Shown here piece after piece: positions 19,565-29,836 of a stretch of 64,000 nucleotides of DNA. The position numbers and the translations under genes were made by a program. The notes beneath the pieces were generated by a model. The model did no database searches. It had not been told where the DNA came from and saw only the letters and a list, made by a program, of their open reading frames with translations. Every line of letters starts with the position of its first letter. Positions within the stretch are counted from its first letter, which is position 1. This stretch comes from an uncultured Gammaproteobacteria bacterium (GTDB taxonomy: Bacteria; Patescibacteriota; Microgenomatia; Levybacterales; GWA1-39-11): assembly GCA_964394645.1 (NCBI GenBank), contig CAYMYC010000003.1, positions 18,315 through 82,314 of the forward strand, read 5' to 3'.

Positions 19565-19705
19565 CGACTACCTTAGGGTAAAACCCTTCGTAAACTTAGC
19601 GCAAAGCCTTTTCGGAAAAATCAGGGTAAACCCAAAGTAGTCTTATTTTACCCGTTCGGCAACCTCAGGGCAAGCCCGTACCTTCAACCTCAGGGCAATT
19701 ATAAC
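19565..19705. repeat. Four copies of a ~13-nt motif (YYAGGGYAARCCC) in the divergent intergenic region
   Basis: The copies are ccttagggtaaaaccc (19571), atcagggtaaaccc (19621), cctcagggcaagccc (19662) and cctcagggcaatt (19688). The motif ccttcg/accttca is also repeated. Confidence 0.4.
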
Positions 19706-19739
19706 TTAAAGCATTATAGGTAATAGAAAGTAGAGTAGT

Positions 19740-19769
19740 TTGACCCCTATAGTATTTTAAGGTATAATT
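19740..19769 (+). promoter_or_regulatory. Sigma70-like promoter (TTGACC-18-TATAAT) for the 19807 gene
   Basis: ttgacc lies at 19740-19745 and tataat at 19764-19769. The spacing is 18 nt and the element is ~38 nt upstream of the ATG. Confidence 0.35.
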
Positions 19770-19806
19770 ATGTTTCTATTGATGCGATAAGATAGAAATA
19801 TAATTT

Positions 19807-20574
19807 ATGTCGGTCAACCACGAATCACATGAAATTTTTGCTCAATACGGTATCTCAGAAGATACACTTTATCCAAAGATGAAGCTGTTTACATCTCGTT
19901 CTACTGTAGTTGACCCAATTATGCAAGCTATAAATCTTCAAGGGAAAATCTATGGAGAGGATCCTAGTATAAGTAAATACAATCGTTTTAGTACATCAAT
20001 TTCTAGGCGTGAGATTGACGGCGATATTATGGTTGCGACATTTGGGAATAGAGATGCAGGGATGGAATGTGTGGAGAGCAGGTTTCCGTCCGGGTTTACA
20101 GTAGAGGAGTTTACGGGAGGAGATTGGAACATAAAGGTAGCAGCCCAAATTGATAGCGTTTCAGAAAGACATTTATTAAGAAGTTTACAATGTCTTAATC
20201 CAGAAACTCAGGAAGAAGGAATAAATCAATTGGTGGAGGAGTGGCCGATTCTTACCATAAATAATCTCGGAAAGCTTAGCTTGAATTCTGAGGGTGTATT
20301 TAGTATGGGTATCTCTAAATCGGATGTAGCGCCTCTTTCAAGCTCAGAGGTGAAATGGGAAAAACGTGGAATAGTTTTTCCCCTTGATGAGATATATTCA
20401 TTTTTCCCTAGCCAGGATATAGAAGCTGATTTGGGAGTACATATAAGAAATTTTGACATCCAGGAAATGTTAGTTACACTTGGAAAAGGGGTAAGACAAA
20501 GAGATTTAACAATAGATGACTTACATAACTATGTGATACCGTATATAAAATTACAGGAGAAAACAAAGGTATAA
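19807..20574 (+). CDS. Hypothetical protein (255 aa)
   Basis: An ORF preceded by a plausible promoter; no motif recognised. Confidence 0.5.
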   Translation: MSVNHESHEIFAQYGISEDTLYPKMKLFTSRSTVVDPIMQAINLQGKIYGEDPSISKYNRFSTSISRREIDGDIMVATFGNRDAGMECVESRFPSGFTVEEFTGGDWNIKVAAQIDSVSERHLLRSLQCLNPETQEEGINQLVEEWPILTINNLGKLSLNSEGVFSMGISKSDVAPLSSSEVKWEKRGIVFPLDEIYSFFPSQDIEADLGVHIRNFDIQEMLVTLGKGVRQRDLTIDDLHNYVIPYIKLQEKTKV

Positions 20575-20608
20575 TGATTTTAAAGAACACAAAAAAGGAA
20601 TAAATAGT

Positions 20609-21454
20609 ATGAGAGTAGGAACAGTTGCCTTAATTGGAAGACCAAATGTTGGTAAAAGCACACTAGTAAACAACCTGGTGGGGCAAAAGGTGGCAATTAC
20701 AAGCCCCAAGCCTCAGACCACTAAGTTTCCTATATTTGCCGTGTATGAAGATGAGCGCGGACAAATAATATTTGTGGATACTCCCGGAATTTTTGCTAAG
20801 GCAAAGTTAGCTCAAGGAAAAGAGGCTAATAAAGAGTCTGAAAAAATTCTAAAAGAAGAGGTTCAAGCTGTATTATACATCGTAGACAAATCACGCGAAC
20901 GCGGGTTAGAGGAAAATAGAGTATTAGGTATGGTAAGAAAATTAACTGTTCCCAAAATCATGGTTTATAATAAGTCAGATATAACAGAGCCTGATTTTAC
21001 CGCCCAGTATAAATTTATGGAAGGGGAGTTTGATGCGGTAATTCATGTCTCTGCGCTCAAGAACCTTCATTTACCAATCTTGCTTACAAAAATCTTTGAA
21101 TTCATGCCAACAGGCGAAAAGTATATTGACCGTGCGTCTATGCCTATTGCCGCACTCAACATGGATTCCAATCTTTATATGGAAGAAGTAATTCGGGAAA
21201 AAGCCTACCTAAAGCTAAGACGAGAACTTCCCTATATGGTTAGAATCGTAATAGACGAGGTAAGACACAGAACAAATGGATCTATGTATATAAAGTCGCG
21301 TGTTTTAGTTCCTGACACACATTATAAAAAAATGGTTATAGGTGCAGGGGGTCGTATGATTAAGGAAATAGGGCTTATGAGTAGAAAAGAATTTGAGGTT
21401 GCGACCGGAAAGAAAGTATTTTTAGACTTAACGGTGGAGGTAGGAGAAATTTAG
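20609..21454 (+). CDS. era: GTPase Era
   Basis: The G1 motif GRPNVGKSTL, G2 T and G3 DTPG are present. The C-terminal KH domain ends ...VFLDLTVEV. RBS AAGGA upstream. Confidence 0.9.
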   Translation: MRVGTVALIGRPNVGKSTLVNNLVGQKVAITSPKPQTTKFPIFAVYEDERGQIIFVDTPGIFAKAKLAQGKEANKESEKILKEEVQAVLYIVDKSRERGLEENRVLGMVRKLTVPKIMVYNKSDITEPDFTAQYKFMEGEFDAVIHVSALKNLHLPILLTKIFEFMPTGEKYIDRASMPIAALNMDSNLYMEEVIREKAYLKLRRELPYMVRIVIDEVRHRTNGSMYIKSRVLVPDTHYKKMVIGAGGRMIKEIGLMSRKEFEVATGKKVFLDLTVEVGEI

Positions 21455-21457
21455 CAT

Positions 21458-21991
21458 ATGAAAGAAATAGCTTCTCCTGTCGAGCAGATTATAAAAAGGG
21501 ATGCATTTATAAAGCCACATAGTCCATTTAATCCTTTTTATACTTTCGGGGAGGTTCCCCATAGGAGTAATTTTATACCTGCTGTTATTAGTACATTTGG
21601 TTATTCCAGAGGTTTTACTGATGCTCAGGCAGCGTGCTTCCAGTTTTTAGAAGAATACTCAGGTTTTCGCTATAAAGAGTCAATTGAAAATTATTTAGTT
21701 GCAGGGGGTTTTAGTATTTTACGTCCAGAAGAGCAGACCATGGTAATTAAAACCGTAAGGGGGGTAAGAGGTACACGCGGACACAAAACTGGACTAATAC
21801 AAGCCAGGTCAGAAGAAATAGGGGAAGGGTTTGATAGGTATTTAATCCGCGCAATGGAAGAAAAGAATCCATATTTGCAAAAGATTACAAATGGTAAAAG
21901 TTTAAAACCAAACGCTTTTTTAAGTAAGCTGAAAGAGTATGTTACTCAAGAGGAATATGAGCGTTATAGTGATACAATAATACTTGAATAA
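21458..21991 (+). CDS. Hypothetical protein (177 aa)
   Basis: An ORF immediately downstream of era; no motif recognised. Confidence 0.5.
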   Translation: MKEIASPVEQIIKRDAFIKPHSPFNPFYTFGEVPHRSNFIPAVISTFGYSRGFTDAQAACFQFLEEYSGFRYKESIENYLVAGGFSILRPEEQTMVIKTVRGVRGTRGHKTGLIQARSEEIGEGFDRYLIRAMEEKNPYLQKITNGKSLKPNAFLSKLKEYVTQEEYERYSDTIILE

Positions 21992-22000
21992 ATTCCCCAC

Positions 22001-22519
22001 TTGATTTTGCTCCTTATTATCCCGTATATTAAATACCTGATGCAAGACGATACAAATCTCATTAAATCGGTAGATACAGATGCAATTGAAGGTGAAGTAG
22101 TAGAAAACGCCTCAGTATCAGATTCTTCTTCTATATCAGATAACGCTGCGACAGTATCCCTGAGTCTTGAGAGCCTTATAAAGGGTCATTTAAATACACT
22201 GAGTAAGCTTAAAAATCAGGTTGCTGAACAAATGGATATGTTAAATAATGTTTTAGAAAACGATCCAACATATAAGCAACACTCAGAAGATGCAAAAAAA
22301 GCTACAAAAGTAAAAACTGCCACAAAGTCAGAGATTATGAAGCGTCCGGATGTTATGCAGGTTAACAATAAAATTAAGGCAGCTCGTGAGGAACAAAAAG
22401 AGCAACAACAGACCTTGTCAGAGCTTCTTGCTGAATACCAGAGAACCACAGGGCTTGATTCCATTGAAACAGACGAGGGGAAAATTAGAAAAATTATTAC
22501 AACGGCACGTCTTGGATAG
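22001..22519 (+). CDS. Hypothetical protein (172 aa), acidic/coiled-coil
   Basis: An ORF. It is Ser/Asp-rich at the N-terminus and has a coiled-coil C-terminal half. Confidence 0.45.
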   Translation: MILLLIIPYIKYLMQDDTNLIKSVDTDAIEGEVVENASVSDSSSISDNAATVSLSLESLIKGHLNTLSKLKNQVAEQMDMLNNVLENDPTYKQHSEDAKKATKVKTATKSEIMKRPDVMQVNNKIKAAREEQKEQQQTLSELLAEYQRTTGLDSIETDEGKIRKIITTARLG

Positions 22520-22588
22520 AGCATATTATTGCCTCATTCTTATACTCACGCACTTGATACTTACTGAATCCTACCGTATACTGTACCT

Positions 22589-22858
22589 ATGAGCTTACAG
22601 GATGTTTTCTACATAGTAGGACTGGTATATATGAGTTTGGGTATCGTGCTTCTCATAGCACTTGTGATTGTGGCTTTTTATATTAAAGGCAGGATTGACG
22701 CGATTCATAAAACATTTGATCAAAAGTTGCACTTCATTGAGAAGCTTACTTCTCGTCCGGCAGAATCCGCGGCTGATTTTGGAGCGAGCCTTGCTGAGGC
22801 TGCGATTGATCGGGTAAGGTCAGCATTTGAAGGAAACAAAAAGAAGAAATCTTCTTGA
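22589..22858 (+). CDS. Small membrane protein (89 aa)
   Basis: One strong TM helix (VGLVYMSLGIVLLIALVIVAFYI) followed by an amphipathic tail. Confidence 0.4.
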   Translation: MSLQDVFYIVGLVYMSLGIVLLIALVIVAFYIKGRIDAIHKTFDQKLHFIEKLTSRPAESAADFGASLAEAAIDRVRSAFEGNKKKKSS

Positions 22859-22897
22859 AGGATGCGGTATGAATATTTATAAAAAGATCTTCTGTAG

Positions 22898-23191
22898 TTA
22901 ATTACTGTCATTCAAAAAATCAAGGCTTGCATCATGATTTTTAAATTGTTTTTCCTCTCCACATCCGTTGCATTTACCCATTGAAATTTCTCCGTTCGGT
23001 TCATCAATTCTCCATCTGTGAGCGTGTTTCATAGAGTCAAGCTGAGAAGGATTTGTATTTTTTCCCTGGTCTTCTTGTTTGCCCTTTTTTTTATACAAAA
23101 GTGTATCCATCTTTTTCCAAGGACGGTTATTAGGTTCTATTGGAATTGTTCTTTGTTTAGGATTAGATTTTTCTGCAGACATAGAGCGCAT
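22898..23191 (-). CDS. Small basic protein with a C-terminal CxxC (zinc-ribbon-like)
   Basis: A 97-aa ORF containing GKCNGCGEEK. The call is weak. Confidence 0.3.
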   Translation of the reverse strand: MRSMSAEKSNPKQRTIPIEPNNRPWKKMDTLLYKKKGKQEDQGKNTNPSQLDSMKHAHRWRIDEPNGEISMGKCNGCGEEKQFKNHDASLDFLNDSN

Positions 23192-23268
23192 TATAAGATG
23201 TATTTAACTAAATTACAATAACATATGAAAAGAAGGTGAAGGCGCTTTGTATGGGGTAAATTTTTAAT

Positions 23269-23970
23269 TCACTGAAGAGTTATATGAAGTCTTGCCTGGT
23301 CTATAGTAGCAGGGGAATTAAGCTGTGTTTGTATTTGAATTTGGTAAAGCTTATTTCCAGCGGGCAGTGTCAACGGACCAGATATGAGTAGTTGTGGTGA
23401 CCCTCCTTGAGTTGTAACTTGAGAATTAGGGATAACATATCCATCAGTTGCATCATACAATTGAACAGACGCAATACCATTACTGGCAATAGATACTTCT
23501 AAGACTACGCTTGCAACATTCGTATAATTACTGATATTCACATATGCCTGAAGAGCAGAGAGTGTTGAGAAGTTTCCTTGAGACGCTCCAGTTGCTGCCC
23601 CAAAGGGAACGAAATATTCATTTGATCCAGAGGATATTTGTTGCGTAGTTGTATTGGTAACGTTTTGTGTTAGCTTAAGTGATGAGGTTGCAGTTCTTAT
23701 GGCAGCAAGACAGGTATTTGGGCATACGTCTGTTGCTCCTATCTGTTGGGGTGGTATAGTTTGTGTATTATTCTCTATTGAATTAGCTGTACCAGAGATG
23801 GTTTTTCCACCTACTGTGATATTTTGGACAATTGGGCGGGGTTTTCCAAGAAAAGTAAAGTAATTTAGTATTAATACGTTTAAAAAAAGAATACCTACTA
23901 AAACATAGATTAAATTTTCCCAAATCGTATAAAGAAAGCTTCTCACACAATAATCATAACTGGAATGCAT
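23269..23970 (-). CDS. Hypothetical secreted/membrane-anchored Thr/Ser/Asn-rich protein
   Basis: An N-terminal hydrophobic helix followed by a low-complexity T/S/N/Q-rich extracellular region. Confidence 0.45.
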   Translation of the reverse strand: MHSSYDYCVRSFLYTIWENLIYVLVGILFLNVLILNYFTFLGKPRPIVQNITVGGKTISGTANSIENNTQTIPPQQIGATDVCPNTCLAAIRTATSSLKLTQNVTNTTTQQISSGSNEYFVPFGAATGASQGNFSTLSALQAYVNISNYTNVASVVLEVSIASNGIASVQLYDATDGYVIPNSQVTTQGGSPQLLISGPLTLPAGNKLYQIQIQTQLNSPATIDQARLHITLQ

Positions 23971-24041
23971 GACTTCTTCAATATCAGAATGCTATATTCA
24001 TCTAAATATAGGCTTGTGATTTGTTATAATCTTTTTTTATT

Positions 24042-24734
24042 ATGACAAAGCATGAATTTTTAGAAAAATACGAAGCATATCCGCTTCTAGGTTTAGGTTC
24101 TGGCGGTTTGGATAATCTATATGGTATTCCTGAAAAGAACATTATAATTCGTTCTAAAAAAGAGTTTTCAGCTGAAAAATTTCACAAAGCAAAAAAGTTA
24201 TTCTCTGAATTGAGTGAAAATTATGGTATTTCAACGCCTCTTTTAAAGGTTCTTTCTCCAGGGGCAGAGGGAAGAGCAGTTGTAGCTGTTCAAAAAATTC
24301 ATGGAGTACCTCTTGCTGATGCTGTTTCAGGAGAAAATGAGATGCTTAAGTTTTCTGTTGAAGGACTATGTAATGGACTTATGAAATATGTTCTAGATAA
24401 ATTTGAAAGAGGTGGGGAATACTTATCAGATATCAGGTTAAAACAGTTCATGTGGGGTAAGAGAAGAACAGATGAACATGAGAAACCTTATTTTGTAGAT
24501 AGAGATCCCATAATTGGAGTTTATTCGCAAAAGAAAGATATGGATGCAATATTATTTATTCAAACACTCCCTGTAGATGTTGGAGAGATGATATTATTTT
24601 TTGAATCAAAATATGGAAAGGGAAGGATATCTGCAAGAAAAGACTTTCAATCATTTACAGCTAAAATCATGCAGGATAAATACATTAGTAATTTTGCTTC
24701 AAACCACTTACCTATATTTTCAAAATTCGCTTAA
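24042..24734 (+). CDS. Hypothetical protein (230 aa)
   Basis: An ORF with no confident motif. Confidence 0.5.
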   Translation: MTKHEFLEKYEAYPLLGLGSGGLDNLYGIPEKNIIIRSKKEFSAEKFHKAKKLFSELSENYGISTPLLKVLSPGAEGRAVVAVQKIHGVPLADAVSGENEMLKFSVEGLCNGLMKYVLDKFERGGEYLSDIRLKQFMWGKRRTDEHEKPYFVDRDPIIGVYSQKKDMDAILFIQTLPVDVGEMILFFESKYGKGRISARKDFQSFTAKIMQDKYISNFASNHLPIFSKFA

Positions 24735-24812
24735 CAGCTTAAGAAAAGAAATTACTCTCGGATTCTGTTATAATAGGTATAACCCCCGAACGTGTTGGGG
24801 GATTTTTTAATT

Positions 24813-26642
24813 ATGAATATCAGAAACGTTGCAATTATTGCTCACGTTGACCACGGAAAAACCACGTTGGTTGATTGTCTTTTGCGCCAGGCAAAGACTC
24901 ATTTAGGGAAAGAGTTTGATGACACATCGCACCTTATCATGGACTCAAATGAATTAGAAAAAGAGCGTGGAATTACTATTTTTTCAAAAAATGCTTCTGT
25001 TGCTTGGAAAGATAACTCTGGTGAGGAGTATAAAATAAACATTATAGATACCCCAGGACACGCTGATTTTGGTGGAGAAGTAGAGCGAGTACTTACCATG
25101 GCTGATGGATGCCTGCTTCTAATTGACGCAAAAGAAGGTCCTATGCCTCAAACCCGTTTTGTATTAAAACAGGCGTTGAAGATGAAGCATAAGATAATAG
25201 TAGTTATCAATAAAATTGATAAGCCTGACGCTAGAATTAATCATGTAATTAATAAAACATTTGATCTTTTCATAGAACTCGGGGCAGATGATGCAACTGC
25301 AGAATTCCCGATAATCTATGCGTCAGCAAAAAATGGACTTGCGGGACTTGAACCAAAAATAGAGGACATGAAAGACATTACTCCTGTTTTTGATGCAATC
25401 TTAAAAGAAATTCCAGAACACAAGACAGATCCTGAAGCGCCACTTCAAATGTTAGTAACCACACTCGCCGCAGATACACATAAAGGACGAATTGCAATTG
25501 GGCGTATTTTAAATGGAAAAATAACAGCAGGACAAGAGATTATGCACATAAACCGAGATGGGGCACAGAAGAAAATTCGCCTTACTTCTCTTATGACTTT
25601 TGAAGGATTAGGTAAAATTGATGCTACAGAGGCTAAGGCAGGGGATATTGTAGCTATAACTGGAATACTAGATGTTAATATTGGTGAAACCATTGCAGAT
25701 GTAAACAACCCTATCGCACTTCCAGTCACAAAGATTGAAGAACCAACCGTTCGTATGACCTTCTCTGTTAATGGATCACCTTTTGCGGGGAAAGAGGGAG
25801 AATTTAAGACCTCTCGTCAAATAGAAGAACGTATTTATAAAGAACTTGAGACTGATATGGCGCTAAGAATTGAGAACAATCCCACAGGTGGATGGTTAGT
25901 TTCTGGTCGGGGTGAGCTGCATCTGGCAATTTTTATTGAGCGTTTGAGGCGCGAAGGATATGAGTTCCAAGTATCTCGTCCTCAGGTTATTAACAAAAAG
26001 GTAGATGGTAAGACAATGACCCCTTATGAGCAGGTATTTATTGAGGTTCCAGAAGAATATTCAGGATCAGTTATGCAGAAAATGGGGATACGACACGGGC
26101 AAATGGTAGAAATGAATATAGATAATGGAATTGTTATGTATGAATTCATTATGGCTACAAAAGATCTTTTTGGATATAGGTCTGAATTTTTAACTGATAC
26201 TCGAGGTCTTGGAATTATAAACACCATCTTTTTGGATTACCAAGAGGACAAGGGAGATACAATCCCACGAGAACGTGGATCTTTAGTTGCCTTTGAATCA
26301 GGTCCAACTACGCATTACGGATTGGTAAATGCACAAGACCGCGGAGTTTTGTTTATCGGAGCTGCAACCCCAGTTTACAAAGGACAAGTTATTGGTCAAA
26401 ACTCAAGACCTGAGGACATGCGGATAAATGTGTGCAAGATAAAACAGCAATCTAATATGCGCTCAAAAGGTGAAGGAGTTTCAGCACATGCAGATACTCC
26501 TAAGACAATGAGTCTTGAAGACGCATTGGAGTATATTGATGATAGTGAATTAGTCGAGGTTACACCTCAAAACATCAGAATCCGCAAAAAGATCTTAGAC
26601 GAAAACGAAGAGCGCCGTATGCGCGCCCAGGGAAAAATATAA
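24813..26642 (+). CDS. typA: Translational GTPase TypA/BipA
   Basis: The N-terminus [35 protein letters not shown] and NKIDKP match the EF-G-like domain layout and length (~610 aa) typical of BipA. I chose the ATG at 24813; the ORF track's upstream alternative start at 24792 is unlikely. Confidence 0.9.
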   Translation: MNIRNVAIIAHVDHGKTTLVDCLLRQAKTHLGKEFDDTSHLIMDSNELEKERGITIFSKNASVAWKDNSGEEYKINIIDTPGHADFGGEVERVLTMADGCLLLIDAKEGPMPQTRFVLKQALKMKHKIIVVINKIDKPDARINHVINKTFDLFIELGADDATAEFPIIYASAKNGLAGLEPKIEDMKDITPVFDAILKEIPEHKTDPEAPLQMLVTTLAADTHKGRIAIGRILNGKITAGQEIMHINRDGAQKKIRLTSLMTFEGLGKIDATEAKAGDIVAITGILDVNIGETIADVNNPIALPVTKIEEPTVRMTFSVNGSPFAGKEGEFKTSRQIEERIYKELETDMALRIENNPTGGWLVSGRGELHLAIFIERLRREGYEFQVSRPQVINKKVDGKTMTPYEQVFIEVPEEYSGSVMQKMGIRHGQMVEMNIDNGIVMYEFIMATKDLFGYRSEFLTDTRGLGIINTIFLDYQEDKGDTIPRERGSLVAFESGPTTHYGLVNAQDRGVLFIGAATPVYKGQVIGQNSRPEDMRINVCKIKQQSNMRSKGEGVSAHADTPKTMSLEDALEYIDDSELVEVTPQNIRIRKKILDENEERRMRAQGKI

Positions 26643-26784
26643 ATGAGTATATTTACTAGAATGAGAAGTGGTACGTTCATTTAGTTGTTTTTCTAGTTCT
26701 TTTTCTACAATTTACAGCAATTTATTCTGCTTCCTTTTTTGCTTATATAGGAAGTGAATTGTTAGTTTTGTATGTTTTCCCACC

Positions 26785-26816
26785 AAAAAACCCCTCGTTG
26801 TAACTTGGGGTTTTTT
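26785..26816. terminator. Bidirectional rho-independent terminator between the convergent typA and RRM genes
   Basis: The sequence aaaaaacccc-tcgttgtaactt-ggggtttttt is a GC stem flanked by A-run and T-run, so it can terminate in both orientations. Confidence 0.6.
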
Positions 26817-26881
26817 GTAATTATCATTCCCAAACTTAGTTCGGGAAACATTTTCCTGAAGCAAGTTCAGGATGATAATAA

Positions 26882-27229
26882 TTAACGGTCGTGACCGTAT
26901 CCACCACGGTTTCCACCGCGATCTCCGCCTCCTCTGAAGTCACGGCCACCGCCGTTTCCTCCAAAATCGCGTCTAGGTCTATCCTCTTTTGGACGTGCAA
27001 CTGAAACTACAATATTGCGTCCGCTAAAGTCTGCTCCATTAGCTTTTTCGATTGCTGTTTGTGCAGCAGCATCGTCTTCCATTTCAACAAATCCAAAGCC
27101 TTTGGATCTTCCAGAGAATTTATCCATGATGATATCAGCGGATAAAACTTTTCCGTATTGACCAAAGTGATCCTGAAGCATTTGGTTTGTTGTATTATAT
27201 GGAAGGTTTCCAACATATAATTTTGTCAT
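26882..27229 (-). CDS. Glycine-rich RNA-binding protein with a single RRM domain
   Basis: RNP2 LYVGNLPY and RNP1 KGFGFVEM are present. The C-terminal tail is RGG/GGN-rich. Confidence 0.85.
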   Translation of the reverse strand: MTKLYVGNLPYNTTNQMLQDHFGQYGKVLSADIIMDKFSGRSKGFGFVEMEDDAAAQTAIEKANGADFSGRNIVVSVARPKEDRPRRDFGGNGGGRDFRGGGDRGGNRGGYGHDR

Positions 27230-27419
27230 AGTATGTATTCACCACCTTTCTGTATGGAGATTATATCTGTAATAAAAATTCGTGCGTACATGAAAAAAGA
27301 AATTGCTCGTGGAAAGGAAGAATCGCGAAGATAAACTACGGTCGCCTTACACAACTTGCACTTCATATGGAGTATACCATATGGGACAAAAAAGGGCAAA
27401 TGAATAGCTATAAAAAACA

Positions 27420-29780
27420 TTATTCCTCAACGAAGCTGACTTCTATTGCTGTAAAGCCCTGTCTTATGATTTTTTCAAATACGGGAGGTTTGGGTTTTAT
27501 TGAGGGTACAGCATCATATTTCTTGATATAAAAAACAATATTTTTATAGGTATCTGGGTGGGGAGTAAATGATATTGGTAGAATCTGTTTAGATAATTCA
27601 TCTGAGTAAAAAGAAACAAAAAGGTAAGGGCTTTTTATTCTAGCGGTAGAGCTTACGAGGTCCATAGTTTCTTTTTTATTTAATCCAATATTTTGGCTAA
27701 AGCTTTTGAGTGTTTTTTCAAGCTTATTTCCGGGGATGATAACCCCCTGTGTAGGTTTTTGGATGATACGCAGTGCTGGTTGATAATCAAATTCAAATCC
27801 TGATAACACTTTGGTATCCACTAAAAAATCTCCGTTTTCAAGTAATTTTGCATTTAATCCTTTCTCAGGGAGTACAGACGCATTAATTGGGTATATAGGA
27901 GTACCAAACCTGACTGTAACATTTTTCCCTTTTTGTCCATAAAGATAGAGTGGGCTATCATAGCAGGCGTCTCCTGTTCCATTTGCTACCAAATTATTAG
28001 TTGAAGCTCTGGTTGAACTTGTTCCAATTTGTCCGCCACGCTCCAAGCATTCATAGCACACATTTGCGGAATCGTATGCCTCTTGAAGACAGGTGCCATA
28101 AGCTGCGGTCATGGGCTCAGGGGGTTTAGTTGAATCTCCTGTAAAATGATAATTACATCCTGCAATAGCTTCATCCATGCAGTAATTTCCCGTACCGGTT
28201 TGGGGAGGGGCTTGGGTAGGTTGGGGATTTGTAGTGGGTTTCGTAGGTTGTGGATTTGATGGAGTTTGGGTTGGTTGAGGAGCTGGTGGGAATTCTGATT
28301 GTCTATCTTCTCGTATGGGACCGAGCTTAGGTTCAATCACTATTGCTTGGAGAGATAGTGAGTATTTCTTTTCATTCAGATCAGCAATTCTGTTTGTTGA
28401 AAACTGCGATCCTAGTAAATTTTCTTTCGCAAATCCTAAGATTTGAAAGTAGGAGGGGACACTCAGAGGGAATATTTTTATATTGTTCGTTTTTGTATCA
28501 TAAAAATACAGTTTTTCCGCAAGCAAGGTATAATCTGCGCCTAAATTATTTATATAGGTATTTGTTGGTGTTTTTCGACTAATAAATGTTTGAGTAGTAT
28601 TTGTCCCTTCAATTACGTATGCCTTGTCGTCCAATGCAATAGATCCTACCATCTTATTTACGTTTATTTTTTTAGAGGTTTTTGTTGCAATATCATACAA
28701 ATATCTACCGGTGTTTTCTTGTCGCGTGGAGATTCGTTTATAGATTATATTTCCTGAAAGAGAATCCCATTGTGCGTCTGTGATGCTATCAGGTGCTACA
28801 TTTAACAGCCTTATTTTTTCTCTTGTTGCAGTATCAAGCACATCAAGCGTGTTTGTTGAGAGGATAACTTTTCTGTATGGTCCTGCAGCTTCAGTTCCGT
28901 TTCCTTTCGACCCATCATATCCTGCAAAGACAAAATATCTTCCGTCTTTAGACATTTCCGGTTGTGTTCCATACGTTCCATTCTCTAAGGATTGAATTGG
29001 AGCTTTTACCTCTCCGTTTATTGAAGAATAACTCATTCCATAAGCCATACCTACTCCAGAATTTGGCAGAAATGTATCTGTAAATACCTCGCCGTTATTG
29101 GTAACTCCAACAGGATAGTGAACGGGAGATGTGGTGGAGGAGGTCTCACTGTATAAAAGGTATTGTTTATTGTTTGCCGTATCCACTGAATAAACTCTGG
29201 ATTCACCACCTACTAATTGTGACGCGTTCGGTAGAGGTTTTACTGCCCATATTGCAAGATATTTTCCATTGGGTGATATTCTATAATCATCAATTCCAAA
29301 ACCGTCTGAAATAGTAAAAAGAACCGTTTCCTTTTTTTGTGTCGTATCGTTTTTGATGATTTGAGTTCCATAATCCCATGAATTTGTGTTTGCGATATAG
29401 GAAATAACTGATGGAGTTATTATTCTTATGTGTTTTATATTTTTTGGTAACTCAGTTAGTGCCTTTTCTTTTTGTTGGGTTAGATCGATAAGTCCTACTG
29501 AAACTCCGCTTGTGCTTCTGAAGGCATAAACGATTGAATTTGGTGATTTTTCCTTTGTTTGACTATTTGTTATAGTTTTAGATTTATTCAGCGTTGCGTT
29601 TTTCCTAACTTCTGCATTTTTTTCAACTGTTGATGAAATTATATTAATTATTCCTAGAAAAACTACTATTAGTACGGCTGTAAGAAGAATAACAAGTAAT
29701 TTTTTGTGTCTGAGTAATGGGTTTATTTGGTAGCTGGGTAGTGGCGACTCTGGTATTAATTGTTGTTTTGTTTCCTCCAT
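27420..29780 (-). CDS. Large membrane-anchored extracellular protein (786 aa) with a Pro/Thr/Gln linker, function unknown
   Basis: An N-terminal TM helix is followed by a large beta-rich region, the linker PAPQPTQTPSNPQPTKPTTNPQPTQAPPQTGTG, and a Cys-rich C-terminal domain. Confidence 0.55.
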   Translation of the reverse strand: MEETKQQLIPESPLPSYQINPLLRHKKLLVILLTAVLIVVFLGIINIISSTVEKNAEVRKNATLNKSKTITNSQTKEKSPNSIVYAFRSTSGVSVGLIDLTQQKEKALTELPKNIKHIRIITPSVISYIANTNSWDYGTQIIKNDTTQKKETVLFTISDGFGIDDYRISPNGKYLAIWAVKPLPNASQLVGGESRVYSVDTANNKQYLLYSETSSTTSPVHYPVGVTNNGEVFTDTFLPNSGVGMAYGMSYSSINGEVKAPIQSLENGTYGTQPEMSKDGRYFVFAGYDGSKGNGTEAAGPYRKVILSTNTLDVLDTATREKIRLLNVAPDSITDAQWDSLSGNIIYKRISTRQENTGRYLYDIATKTSKKINVNKMVGSIALDDKAYVIEGTNTTQTFISRKTPTNTYINNLGADYTLLAEKLYFYDTKTNNIKIFPLSVPSYFQILGFAKENLLGSQFSTNRIADLNEKKYSLSLQAIVIEPKLGPIREDRQSEFPPAPQPTQTPSNPQPTKPTTNPQPTQAPPQTGTGNYCMDEAIAGCNYHFTGDSTKPPEPMTAAYGTCLQEAYDSANVCYECLERGGQIGTSSTRASTNNLVANGTGDACYDSPLYLYGQKGKNVTVRFGTPIYPINASVLPEKGLNAKLLENGDFLVDTKVLSGFEFDYQPALRIIQKPTQGVIIPGNKLEKTLKSFSQNIGLNKKETMDLVSSTARIKSPYLFVSFYSDELSKQILPISFTPHPDTYKNIVFYIKKYDAVPSIKPKPPVFEKIIRQGFTAIEVSFVEE

Positions 29781-29836
29781 ATAAATTTCTTTAATTCAGA
29801 GTACCAAAGAAGTATAGGATGCGTCAAGTTTATAGG

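Noticed and set aside
19565-19705. Possible CRISPR array (short GC-rich repeats)
   Set aside because: There are only four copies, the repeats are imperfect and 13 nt long, the spacings are irregular (26-41 nt), and no cas genes are nearby.
27007-27420. ORFs 27007..27216 and 27226..27420 (minus) from the ORF track
   Set aside because: The first is embedded in a different frame of the RRM protein gene and the second lies in its upstream leader. Neither has a motif or RBS support, so both are judged spurious.
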